The position numbers were made by a program, and so were the translations under genes. Below, piece by piece: positions 1 through 11,089 of a stretch of DNA of 43,891 bases. Source of the DNA: Octopus bimaculoides (taxonomy: Eukaryota); NCBI RefSeq assembly GCF_001194135.2, contig NC_068998.1:20634592-20678482 (forward strand). Direction: 5' to 3'. Numbering within the stretch: position 1 is the first letter of the stretch; each line of letters opens with the position of its first letter. A model generated the notes under the pieces. It ran no database searches and was not told where the DNA came from. It saw nothing but the letters and a program-made list of their open reading frames with translations.

Positions 1-155
1 ATATATATATATATATATATATATAAAATAATTTAAGAGGCTCCACCGTATTCGTTTGCTTAACCTCTATTTCTTTCCATAATGAGCACAGTAGGGAAAG
101 ATATTGATTTTAAGAAAAAAAATTTTTATGATCAGATGCGCTTCCTGCTGTCAAT

Positions 156-178
156 CCTAACCCTAACCCTAACCCTAA
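156..178 (+). repeat. Short (CCCTAA)3 telomere-like motif
   Basis: cctaaccctaaccctaaccctaa seen directly. Confidence 0.7.
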
Positions 179-407
179 GGAATGCAAACACCACCAGCAT
201 ATCACTTACATGGACATTTGTTAGCCTGCCTACTGAATGCTTCCTCTTGTTCCCAGCCTGTATCTTCTCTCACCACAAAATCTCTCTTTTACAAGCCAAC
301 TCCTTAGTAAGGACAAGCATAGTTTCCACTCCCCTATTATTAGCATCAATACATCATCCCAGTATCTAAATATGTACTTAATGTTAGGGAAATACAAAAA
401 AAATGTA

Positions 408-634
408 ATAGGTTGGTGCATAATTATTGTGGCTTTTTTCAATAAATTTTATTCAACAAAAACAATCTTTAAATGATTACTCCAGAGCATATTCACCATC
501 TACTTCAATTACTGTTTTCAATTTGCTTGGCAGCCGGCTGGAATAATCATTTAAAGATGTTTGTTAAATGGTGTTATTGTTTTTGCTGAATAAAATTTAT
601 TGAAGAAAGCTACAATAATTATGCCCCAACCTGA
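408..634. mobile_element. Tc1/mariner-derived MITE (fold-back)
   Basis: Ends ATAGGTTGGTGCATAATTATTG / CAATAATTATGCCCCAACCTGA with ~65-bp imperfect inverted arms and TA on both flanks (406-407, 635-636). TIR resembles mariner TTAGGTTGGTGCAAAAGTAATT. Confidence 0.75.
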
Positions 635-839
635 TAAAATGAAAGTGAATCTGGTTTTTTAAGCACCAGAGTAAATTTTTGCCCAAGTGCATGGATAATA
701 TCAGATGAAGTTTTTCAACTCACTACATTATCTATGTGAGATGCTAATAATATTAGCATCTAGTGTGCAAAACATTATCAAGGTAATTTTCTTCAGCTAA
801 AATCAGCATCTCTAGATTCTATTTCTATATATATGTAGA

Positions 840-956
840 ATGCTTTCTGCTATAGGCACATTACTTTAGGAAATTTTAGGGAGAGAGGGAGCTAGTCAAT
901 TACATCATACTCAGTGCTCAAGTCTGAAAGGATGAAAGTCATAGTTGATCTCAGTC
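840..956 (-). mobile_element. SINE family B fragment
   Basis: Matches the tail and core (aaaggatgaaag...gttgacctc) of the family-B copies elsewhere in the window. Confidence 0.6.
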
Positions 957-1578
957 ATACTGAGTTAAATATCTTCAACTGAAGAAGTTTAATAAGATTG
1001 AAACATTTGTTGCTAATTAGCTTTTGAAATCCAGATCCATTCTTGTATAGCAGTTTCTATATTTTCTACAAATTTCAATTAATTGACTTTACTGGAGTTA
1101 CCTCCCCTGGTTATTGGTTTTAGCTCTTGAGCACACCCATGGATAAGTTTTGCTTACTAACTGCATAGACAATCTCATGTCACATATGCAAGATCCACTG
1201 AGTTTTTTCCCCCTCTTAGATAGTACACACATGCAAAAAAAAGCACTCGTTCTACCAATCCATACCCTCTATTATAATAATAATAGTAGTGGCTATATTT
1301 GCAGTCATGAATGTAGCAATCAAAGAATAGAAGAAAATAAGAAAATACGACTGTGGAAGGTTTCTACAAAAGTAATCCCAGTTGTTATAGGTGTCTAGGT
1401 AGCATCAACAACATATTTACAGTTCCCTTTTTTGAGACTTGGATTAAATGAGAAATCTCTATTGGGAACAGCAAGGATTGTAAGAGAGGTCCTCAATATC
1501 TAAGGAAACTAGTTGTGACCCAGGATCAAGGACACTGATTCTGAATGTAAAACATTTGTGCACACCCTGAATAATGAT

Positions 1579-1995
1579 TAATCCTTTCTATTAGCACAAG
1601 GCCTGAAATATTGGGGGTTCAGTCTACACTGACCCCAGCATAAAACTGGTACTTTCTTTTTTTTTTATCAACCGCAAAAGGATGAAAGGCAAAGTTGACC
1701 TCAGTGGAATTTGAACTCGGGATGTAAAGATGGATAAATAATTCTTTCTACTACAGGTACAAGGCCTTGAAATTTTTGGGGAGGGGATTAATCGATTACA
1801 TTGACTCCAGCATTTCATTGATACTTAATTTATTGACCCCGAAAGAATGAACTGCAAAGTCGACCTCGGTGGAATAGTAATATTAATGAGGAATTTTGGG
1901 GAGGAGACTAGTTGATTACACCGACCCCAATGTTACACTGGTACTTAATTTATCAACTCTGAAAGGATGAAAGGCAAAGTCGACCTCAGTGGAAC
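1579..1995 (-). mobile_element. Three tandem partial SINE family B copies
   Basis: The block gtacttaatttat...gaaaggatgaaaggcaaagtcgacctc occurs three times at ~140-bp spacing. Confidence 0.8.
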
Positions 1996-2017
1996 AATAA
2001 TACATGTAACAGCATCT

Positions 2018-2222
2018 GTGCTGGTGACATGTAAAAGTACTGGTGCCAGTGATACAAAAGAAGCACCCACTACACTCTCGAAGTGGTTGCTGTTATGAAG
2101 GGCATCCAGCTGCAGAAACCAAGCCAAAATCAGACTGGAACCTGGTACAGCTCTCCGGGTGACCAGTTCCAGTCAAACTGTCTAAACCATGCCAGCATGG
2201 AAAGCAGATGTTAAATGATGAA
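2018..2222 (+). mobile_element. SINE-like family C copy ((TGA)n tail)
   Basis: aagggcatccagc...gaaacc...ccatgccagcatggaaagcagatgttaaatgatga, shared with copies at 7.7, 24, 27.8 and 28.2 kb. Confidence 0.75.
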
Positions 2223-2443
2223 TTATTTCTTTTATTTACCACAGGGACATATAGTAATCTCCAAAGTATTGCCAAGGACAGAAAATTAGAGAGCTGGAGT
2301 CAGAACAAATACTACAGAACATTTTTTTCAATGCTCTAATGATTCAGACAGTTCACAACCATCAAAACAACAATAATAAAGAGAATAAAGAATTTCAATT
2401 CGAAGAAAAACGTTAGACTTACCAAATAGATATCTAATTACAG

Positions 2444-2560
2444 CTATTTCTTTAACATTTGATGTCTTACTAACAGAAGAGGTGCTGTCAGTCCAGATCC
2501 AAAGAAAAGGATAAAGACAGCAGTCAGTTTGTAGCGGTTGCTGATGTCAAAAGGCAAGTT
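2444..2560 (-). CDS. COX7C: COX7C coding exon 2, NLPFDISNRYKLTAVFILFFGSGLTAPLLLVRHQMLKK*
   Basis: Acceptor ATTTTGTTTTAG (2572-2561), then the COX7C signature NLPF...(Y/F)FGS...P.L.VRHQ.LK with one TM helix; TAG at 2446-2444. The exon continues to a GTAAGT donor at 2422. Confidence 0.96.
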   Translation of the reverse strand, partial: NLPFDISNRYKLTAVFILFFGSGLTAPLLLVRHQMLKK

Positions 2561-2809
2561 CTAAAACAAAATATCAGAAATCTTTATATTAATTCAGAAC
2601 AAGATAGGTTATATCAAACTACAACAATGTTTGCTATTTCTAGTGTTATTCAATGTATAAATGCTAATAAGTATGGATTTAACTGTCTTAATACCCTTAA
2701 TGATAAAATAATCACCAGTGATACAGCTCAGTTATGAAAAAAAAAAAAAATTATGCCCAGGAGAATTGAGATTCTGAGATGTTAAATGTAATGGAATGCT
2801 TAACAGTGA

Positions 2810-3090
2810 TTTTATCTATTTTGAGTTCATATCCTGCCACTAATGGATGTCTTTTCAAAATTCTTAGATTATCTTGATTTCCTGTCACTCAGACTGTTTC
2901 ATGGTCCCAGCAGACAAAATGGAAAAGGTGTTGCCTGGGAGGATGGTGAGGGAGTTGTGCTGGAACAGCCACTCCGATTCATGGGACTTGCACTTGCAGA
3001 CAGCTATCTCTGCTATCTCAATAGCATTCTGGGAGCTGAGAATGTTTGAGATCTCCACTGCCACAGGCTTGACCATAAACCTGTCAGAGA
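2810..3090 (-). ncRNA. Candidate long box H/ACA-type structured RNA in COX7C intron 1
   Basis: GC-enriched island. A ~200-nt branched hairpin (arms 3089-3053 and 2927-2888, G-U pairs only on the minus strand), an ANANNA box ACAGGA at 2885-2880, then a second hairpin with an internal loop and an AUA box at 2815-2813. Both boxes lie 15 nt from the top of their pocket. Confidence 0.5.
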
Positions 3091-4069
3091 GTAACTAATT
3101 AAATCTAGCACAATTGTTTTCTTTCCTTTACTGTTATTTATTTTTCAACAAAAAGAGGGAGGAGGGAGGGAATATCCACCACTATCAAAAGAAAAAAACA
3201 ACAACAACAACAAAAGCAAGATCTTATCCAGTAACAAGATTGCAGCTTTGCAGTTGAAAAGCCAATATCTTATTCATTTAACATGACTGTTCACAAGGAA
3301 CTTAATACACTAGGAAATCAATGTGTAGTTAATAAAAACATTGTTTCACATTCTGAAAATTTTAAATGGCTTCAATTAAAAAAAATAAATTAACAGCAAA
3401 TGCAAATAATATTTATTTACCTGGTTATCNNNNNNNNNNNNNNNNNNNNNNNNNNNNNNNNNNNNNNNNNNNNNNNNNNNNNNNNNNNNNNNNNNNNNNN
3501 NNNNNNNNNNNNNNNNNNNNNNNNNNNNNNNNNNNNNNNNNNNNNNNNNNNNNNNNNNNNNNNNNNNNNNNNNNNNNNNNNNNNNNNNNNNNNNNNNNNN
3601 NNNNNNNNNNNNNNNNNNNNNNNNNNNNNNNNNNNNNNNNNNNNNNNNNNNNNNNNNNNNNNNNNNNNNNNNNNNNNNNNNNNNNNNNNNNNNNNNNNNN
3701 NNNNNNNNNNNNNNNNNNNNNNNNNNNNNNNNNNNNNNNNNNNNNNNNNNNNNNNNNNTTTCTTTTCACTTTTCTTCATGTACTACTATACTTACAAGGT
3801 ATTATGATTGCCCAACCAGTTAGAAATAACCAAATGACCCTTAACAACAAAATAACTAGAAAAGCACTCAGAGAGTGCAGACCTCCGCCAAGCTCATTTT
3901 AAGATAGATACTTGAGTAAAATTACTAATAGGAAACGAAAATAAACTTTGGAAACAGCAATGCCACCATAGGTTACGTGGAAACGATGAATGTGTTTTCA
4001 AGGGAGATAAAGAATGTAACATTGTAATACATCATGTAAAGTAAATATAACAAACGAATCCATAAAAAT

Positions 4070-4232
4070 TCTCAGATCACTACCAAAATTTCATCATCTG
4101 TTCCTTATGTTATTATCAACTTTTCCTGCAAGTTTCATCAAATACTGTTCACAACTTTTTGAGTTATTTTGCACACAGACGGACAAACCAATGCTGATGA
4201 AAACATAACCTCTTTTCTTGGCGGAGGTAAAA
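4070..4232. mobile_element. Non-autonomous repeat fragment
   Basis: Ends in gacggacaaac...gaaaacataacctc...ttggcggaggtaa, a terminus I recognise from widespread non-autonomous animal elements; family not assigned. Confidence 0.4.
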
Positions 4233-4729
4233 ATCAAGTAATTCAACCTCTTTATTTTCCAAACTAATTTCCAGTTCATATTTGACCATTTACTTGTGTA
4301 ACCCCTGTGAGACAAACTAGCACCTGAGCACTACAAATAGGACAAACCACAAATGTGTAGTACTGGTAGTTTGGTATCCAAAGCAACAGCAATTCAAAAT
4401 TTAGAAAAACCTTTCCTTCTTCTGGGATTTCTAGCAATATATTTCATCACATACTCTCAGTTTTTACAATTCAACTGATCAGGAATATATAGTTATATAA
4501 ATAGACTGTTTACATTAGTAACCACATTTTAATTCTTAATTGAAACAATATTTCACAATTGCAGAAAGTGAAACACTGCAATATTGCTTTCGTTAATGAA
4601 AACCAAAATTGCAGGCATTTTCTCATTACATGAAAGTGAGTGTTTCAGAGGGTTAAAAATTAGGGCTCTTCATTGGCAAGAATTCAAATGCACTAATAAT
4701 TTTGCCCCCAAAATAATTGCTTCTCGTCG

Positions 4730-4895
4730 TTCTCCTCCCTAAATAATGGTTTCTGATTTAGGCACAAGGCCAACAGGGTTGAAAGCCAAGTTAACCTCAG
4801 CCGGATTTGAACTCGGCACATAAAGTGGCAGAATAAATACTGAAAAAAAACATTTTTACCGACGCTCTTACGATTTTGCCAAGTCACCGCCCTTA
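4730..4895 (-). mobile_element. SINE family B, degenerate
   Basis: ggcacaaggcc...aacctcagccggatttgaactc...gattttgccaagtcaccgcc; reverse-complement B box and head. Confidence 0.65.
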
Positions 4896-6208
4896 TAATA
4901 ATTATCTATAATAGAGGTAGCTACAAGGTCATAAATCTAGAGTTAACTAATAATCGACATAACATCTAATACTATGTTATCAACCCTGCCAAGTTGAATG
5001 GTAAAACAAAGTTAACATAGGCGGAATTTAAAACCAGAATGATAATAAAATAGTATTAGAAATGTTGCTTCTTGGCGTTTCCAAAATCCCGTGAAAGTGA
5101 AAGCATTTGCCATGCCAAAATGTTGGGATTTTCCTGCAAAATGAACTGTTTAGGAACAAAAGTAAACATCGACATATCGTTCAGTATTAATACAGATTCT
5201 GGAAACTATTTAAATTTCTTATGTTGGTCATGCCCTCCTGAAGGACAGAAGAAAGAATCAACTAGAAGTGTTATTGCAGTTATTGACTGTGAATAATTAT
5301 CTGGTAATAAAGAGTTTTAAATAAGGTATTTTTGTAAATTTGGGTTCCAAGAAAAGTTTCAATGTTGTTCTTTAATAACCCCAGGTCAGTCCCAGATTGA
5401 TCAGAGCTATGACAGAAAATTAATGAGAGGCGGCGAGCCAACTTCGTAGCTTGTAATAACGATATCAAAAGTGAATTTTGAATTTTAAAATTTATATCGA
5501 GATAAAATATAGAAAAGCTGAAGAAAAAACAAAACAAAACCCCAAAACGAAAGAAGTAACAAAAATAAGATTTTTACGAATAAATTGAATGTATCATACA
5601 GTAAAGTACACAGGAAATTAGATGCAAATTTGACTACGTTAATAAAATATTTCAACACATTTACAATCTGTGTTGAAATTTAGTTACCTTAATAAACAAA
5701 GTCAAAGACAACGAGTTTTCATATCTCTATGACACGGTAAAGAAAGGAAAAGGTATTCCAGCCACGACTAACTCATCCTTTTGTTTTACTTTCTTAAATG
5801 TTTAATACTGCAATGTTCAACGGGCTATTCCTTTCTTTTAAAAGGGTAAGTTATAATTTCAGAAAAAAACGTGACTGATATTTCTAACGGGTCGAGCGAT
5901 TGATATTTTCATAGAAAGCAAAGGTGAATCCGTCCAAGGTCATAACAAAACAGTGTAACATATAACAGAAACGATACTATAGGAAATAACTATCTTGTAA
6001 TTATATACTATTCCATATAATTAAAGGAATACGATAAACATTATTTCCTTTTAAAGCCAATAACATAGAAAAATTTCGCTATAATCGAAAATGTTTGAGG
6101 TAATGGAGATAAAGCTAGGGTCAAACAAGGAAGGAAGGCTAACTAGAATGGAGACGATATAAAACAGATTCAGCAGTCTACGGAAGCATTTGATTAAATA
6201 ATACTTAC

Positions 6209-6304
6209 AGCACCAGGGATACCCTTTTGCTGGAAGTCACTGCGTACAACAGGACTTGTCGAAAAACGACGGACCAAAGTGGTGAGGGCAGTTCTGGAAA
6301 GCAT
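6209..6304 (-). CDS. COX7C: COX7C coding exon 1 (mitochondrial presequence), MLSRTALTTLVRRFSTSPVVRSDFQQKGIPGA
   Basis: Manual translation from ATG at 6304 gives 32 codons ending at a GTAAGT donor (6208). The Arg/Ser/Thr-rich RRFSTS..VRS pattern matches COX7C presequences (human [25 protein letters not shown]). Splices in phase 0 to exon 2. Confidence 0.95.
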
Positions 6305-6329
6305 GTTGACAACAGAAAAACGAAGCTTT

Positions 6330-6380
6330 GGCAACTGCACAGGAAGTCGATCCCGTTTAAAGATTCAGCCAATCAAAGAC
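6330..6380 (-). promoter_or_regulatory. COX7C core promoter / start region
   Basis: GGAAGT (ETS/GABP-type; ACTTCCTGTG on minus) at 6342-6347 and CCAAT at 6369-6373, just upstream of the ATG, in locally CpG-containing sequence. Confidence 0.5.
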
Positions 6381-7065
6381 ACTTAAACTGGTCAGCTGAC
6401 TGAAAGTCTTATCCCGTTTCACAGCATTTTATTCGTAAAAATCTATCCTTAGAATGTTTGTTCCTTTACCTCTTACTAAAATATTCCGGTAGATTTATCA
6501 CTTTTAATGTTAAGAAAATAAGCTGGTTTGTATCTGGAAGTATTATATTGGAATTACTAAACGCAATCACTTCTATTACATTTTATTCTTTATCGTTAAA
6601 ACCACCAACATGTATTTGGAAAGGGTAATCTTCAAGTTTAGGGTGGTAAAAAAAGTAAATAAAAATATACAAGGGAAATAACTTAAATGTCTTACTAGTA
6701 TTATCCGTACTACTCTGAAATGAGCCGGTGAGAGATTACCTCTATGTGGTAATCTGACTTGCTAATAATCACTGGCAAATTTCCCTCTAATATATACCTC
6801 TGTCGTCTTAGAGAAGGACACAGTGGATAATGTGATCTTGGGTTCTCTGCACATAGAAAAAGAAGGGATTGTCACTACTGGGATGTCTCTGATCATAAGT
6901 TTGTTCGACAAGGGCAGCCCTACGGCTAAACAACTAATACGTATAAAGTTATAAAAGGAGCTTATTGTTCAACTTGCTGGAAACAGCAATCTAATCACCC
7001 TCAGATGATACTATTTTAATACACTAACAAGTGTATGGGTGCATATTTTCTTCCCCTCATGAAAT

Positions 7066-7638
7066 ATAAAAGTTTCGTCGGAATTCTGGTATAAGCACCC
7101 CATATAACCCCTCATAACTTTTTTTTTTTTTTTTGGGAACTTTCAGAAAACGTTTTATGAATTTGTGCTCTACACATGAGAATTCCTGCGATTATGAAAA
7201 AAAAAAAAAAGAAAGAAAAATCTTTCTGTGTGATTTAAGGGCGATTTAGCTGGTGTTTTTACAGTCCTCGTTTCTTTGCCACTTTGACATATATCTATGT
7301 TTTTCAATATATTTCTTCTTATAAACACATTTAATAGAATGATGATGCACCCAAAGGTGGTCCACTGCTCGGATTTAAGCAAAAAAATTCAGACTGCCAT
7401 TATTTTAAACACTGATTTTTTAAAAAAAATTCGAAAAAGAGTGGAATTTTTAGGATTTATGGGGAGGGGATGGGGGTTAAATTTTTTTAAAATAAATTTT
7501 TTCCATTCATAATCGTATGAATTCCAGTGTGTAGGACACAAATTTGCAAAAAATTTTTCTGAAAATCCCCCAAAATAAAAAAAGTTATGAGGGGGTTATA
7601 TGGGATGCTTCAACCAGAATTCTGCTAAATTTTCTTAT
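7066..7638. mobile_element. MITE-like element with ~150-bp terminal inverted repeats
   Basis: gaattctggtataagcaccccatataacccctcataac (7081-) mirrors gttatgagggggttatatgggatgcttcaaccagaattc (-7622). Arms continue inward (gaatttgtg..ctacac..gaattc..cgattatgaa) and the ends are TA-rich. Confidence 0.75.
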
Positions 7639-7730
7639 AAAATAGAACAATTCGGTAAGGCAGACCCAAAAGTATTACAGCTACTCTGTCCTGCTTTTAA
7701 AAAATTATGAGAAAATTATACTTTATTCAC

Positions 7731-8035
7731 CATCATCATCATCATTTAACATTCACTCTCCATGTTGGCATGGGTTAGACGGTTTGACTGGAGCTGATAA
7801 GCTGGAGACTTGCACCAGGTTCCAGTCTGTTTTGGCATGGTTTCTATGGCTGGATGCCTTTCCTAATGCCAACCACTCCATGAGTGTAATGAGTGCTTTT
7901 ATGTGCCACTGGCATGGGTGCCATTTTCATGACCTCGGCAATGACCACGACTATGATTCACAGGTGCCGTTTACATGCCACCAACAGCAACTGTGATGCA
8001 CAGGTGCCATTTACATGGCACTAGCAGTGACCATG
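7731..8035 (-). mobile_element. SINE-like family C copy
   Basis: (CAT)n then ttaacattcactctccatgttggcatggg...ggctggatgccttcctaatgccaaccactcc. Confidence 0.8.
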
Positions 8036-8434
8036 ATTAAAATTCATGGATGCCACTGTGTGTACTCTTCCATATAAAGAAATGTATAAGGATATATCTT
8101 TTTAAACCTTTCAACATATTTGTTGAACCGCTAAGTTATATCTATTAGTAAAAACAAAGAAAAAAATCAATATTCTTGATTCAATTAACTTTTAAAAGCA
8201 AAATCAGAATTTTTGATATGGATTCTGAGAATATAACACATTAATCATGGAAAGTGTTTTTTAGTTTTTTATTCTTCTTGATCAATTGAGCTGAAGTTTG
8301 AAAACAATTAAGTGTTTTTGTATTTGATGCTTTGCTATAAATCTGAGCAAATTCATTGGTGAGAGTTTTATTATCTATTTCATTGATTGTTTGAATGTTA
8401 ACCCTTTAGCATTCACATTATTCTGTCAAAAGTA

Positions 8435-8776
8435 AAGGGTAAAAGCCCCCCCCCTTCAGTCATGAATGACAATGGGATGCACCTAGAAAGTTACCCTCCC
8501 AGGCACAAGTCCAGGCAAAGTTGTTTATGGAAGACCAGCAGTCACCCATGCATACCAGCCTCCCCTCTCCATTCCACTGATGTTATCCAAGGGAAAGGCA
8601 AAGGCCGATACAACTTGGCACCAGTGATGTTGCAACTCATTTCTACAGATGAGTGAACTGGAGCAATGTGAAATAAAGTGTCTTGCTCAAGAACACAACA
8701 CAGAGCCCAGTCCGGGAATTGAACTCATTACCTCATGGTTGTGAGCCCAATGTTCTAACCACTGAACCATGCATCT
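8435..8776 (-). mobile_element. tRNA-derived SINE (family D-related)
   Basis: Minus-strand head gcatggttcagtggttagaac...gagttcaattccc (A and B boxes), followed by a ttgagcaagacacttta CORE-like block. Confidence 0.8.
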
Positions 8777-8929
8777 ATGCTTATTTATTCACATTGTTTT
8801 GAATTATTCATGCATTATATTGTAGCTTTGAGATTTTGTTGAGGTAACTGTTAATTTCTAGAATGATATCGCAGGGTTGGTGTGAGAGGCTGGATCTGGC
8901 CTGTTGGAACATAAAACAGGTAGAATATA

Positions 8930-9160
8930 TAAATATATATATATATATATGTATGTATGTATGTGGGTCTGTGTTTGTCCCTCCAACATTTAACAACTTA
9001 TGCTAGTGTATTTACGTCCCTGTAACATTGTGGTTCAGCAAAAGAGACTGATTGAATAAGTACTAAGCTTAAAAAGAATAAGCCCTGGGGTCAATTTGCT
9101 CAACTAAAGGCGGTGCTCCAGCAAGGCCACAGTCAAATGACTGAAGCAAGTAAAAGAATA
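8930..9160 (+). mobile_element. SINE family A, 3' half
   Basis: gtctgtgtttgtccc...ggcggtgctccagc..ggccacagtcaaatgactgaagcaagtaaaag. Confidence 0.8.
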
Positions 9161-9679
9161 TATACTATTTTATCTACATTGATGGGATAAAAGATGATTC
9201 TAGTGAAATTTGAACTTATAATGAAGAATTAAATTAGCTAGCAAACAGGAATTACTCTGATCATTGGGGAACCTTTCAAGATGTCGTCTTGCATTATGAT
9301 CCAACGTTGAATACATGTGAGTTGTTTAGTATAGCTTTCATGAAACTCCTCAAAAGATTTTGAAGTCAATGCTACAAACTAACAAAATAATAGTAAGGAA
9401 CAGTGTTCATTCAACAACACGTTAATCTAATCAACTTAAAATATCAGAAGATATCTTTAATATTAACTGATCTGATGTTTATTGACCTATTCTGTAAATA
9501 AGATTAAACTATTGGTAGTGCTAAAGAATTAATGTAACTTAGTTTTCTTTGCAATAACAATACCCTAAATTTTTTGTTTCACTTTTCTATCACAGTTTGG
9601 CTTATGAATTTCTCTTTTATTTGTTCTTCTGATCTTAGATATTTTCTCTTCTTTCTATATCAACTGTATACAACTGTAG

Positions 9680-10050
9680 GTGCAGGCGTGGTTGTGTGGG
9701 AAAAAAGCTTACTTCCCAACCACATGGTTCTGGGTTCAGTCCCACTGCGTGGCACCTTGGGCAAGTGTCTTCTACTATAGCCTTGGCAGTGGATTTGATA
9801 GACAGAAACTGAAAGAAGCCTGTCATGTATATGTGTATGTGTTTGTGTTGGTGTTGTCTCCCACCACTGCTTGAAAACCGGTGCTGGTGTGTTTATGTTC
9901 CCATGATGTAGCGCTTCAGGAAAAAAAAACTTTCAGCAAAAGACTTTCAAAAAAATAAGTACTGGTGTCGATTCATTTGAGTAAAAATTATTGAAGGTGG
10001 TGCCCCATCATGGCCACAGTCTAATGACTGAAACAAGTAAAAGATAAAAC
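9680..10050 (+). mobile_element. SINE family A (tRNA-derived CORE-type, OR2-like), near full length
   Basis: Head gcaggcgtggttgtgtgg...gggttcagtccc, CORE-like ggcaccttgggcaagtgtcttc, central (TA/TG)n, tail atgactgaaacaagtaaaag. The OR2 label is from memory, not a search. Confidence 0.85.
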
Positions 10051-10503
10051 ATAAATACTGAATAAGATTTTGATCTAGAACAAATGACTATAAACAATAA
10101 TGTTGTTATGTAATAAATACTTGATGGGCAAATAAAATATCCATTGGGTTAAATATTTCAAGTTTGTTATTTGTAGCAATGAAATTACTTTTTAGGCCTT
10201 TAACCTCAAGGATGTACGTAAAAGTGACCAATATAACACCTGATGAAGAACAGAAGTCAAATTATTTGAACTGTACTGTTTTATGAAGCAGAACAAAAAT
10301 AATGTTAGCAATCCAAAATACAACAATACCAATTTTCTGTTTTCCTTTCCTTCCCATTCTCAAACGAAAGGCAAGAGCCATGAAAGTTTAGATTCTACCA
10401 CACAGTGATTGAACTTGTAGATAACCTCAGTGAACATTCCTGTGGACAAACTATTGCTGTCACGACTATTTTCTCCGATTCTGGAGTTTTACTCAGTCTA
10501 ATC

Positions 10504-10767
10504 TAGTGGTTTTTCAACTAGGGTCCACATGGTCTTTGCGGGTCCGTATAAGAATGAGTTAAGATTTATGTACAATAAACTAGTTATACTTCAACAGTAC
10601 ACAGAATATTTTAATTTTTTTATGCAGTTTCGAATAATATTAAATTATAACAATATAATAGGATTTTTTTAAAAACATTGAATGGGTATGAGGATCCAGT
10701 AGATATTAAAATAGTAATCAAAGGTGGCCCATAGGCAAAAAAAAAAAAAAATTATGGAGAAACGTTA
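10504..10767. mobile_element. hAT-like MITE
   Basis: Left end TAGTGGTTTTTCAAC (Charlie-type CAGTGGTTCTCAA), degenerate right end, imperfect 8-bp TSD gtctaatc / atctaatt. Confidence 0.5.
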
Positions 10768-11089
10768 ATCTAATTAGCAAGCATGTTTTTCAAGGGAGAA
10801 AACTTATACTTTCTATTTAAAGATAGACAACTCATGAATTACAGAAGAGCATTCGTATTCATTTACATTACCTCGCTTTCTGAGATCACTAAAACTGGAA
10901 CGATTATACAATTCTATAAATTCGTATCTACTATTTCCGAGAATAAATACACACACACACACACACACACACGCTCTATGAAGGAGTTGGTTAACTGTGA
11001 GATAATCTAACTAAATATTCCAAACCAAATAACAACTTAAAAAGAGAAAAGGAAACTAATTGAAGCAGTTGTAATGAATCAAAGCAGTG

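Noticed and set aside
156-178. Telomere or fusion site
   Set aside because: Only about 3.5 units in interstitial sequence.
1395-1430. ACTGTAAA...TTGATG resemblance to SNORD138
   Set aside because: No C box and no proper CTGA D box.
3084-3097. 11-nt complementarity to 28S GGGAGUAACUA followed by CTGA (D-box-like)
   Set aside because: No C box upstream; likely chance.
2843-3098. Three short overlapping ORFs over the intronic GC island
   Set aside because: No recognisable protein in any frame; strand-biased base-pairing explains the composition better. A cryptic + strand exon (2891-3090) is not formally excluded.
2810-3430. Intronic RNA as telomerase RNA or RNase P/MRP
   Set aside because: No CUAACCC template upstream; AAGUCCC/GGGAC lacks the bulged-U P4 and CR-V context.
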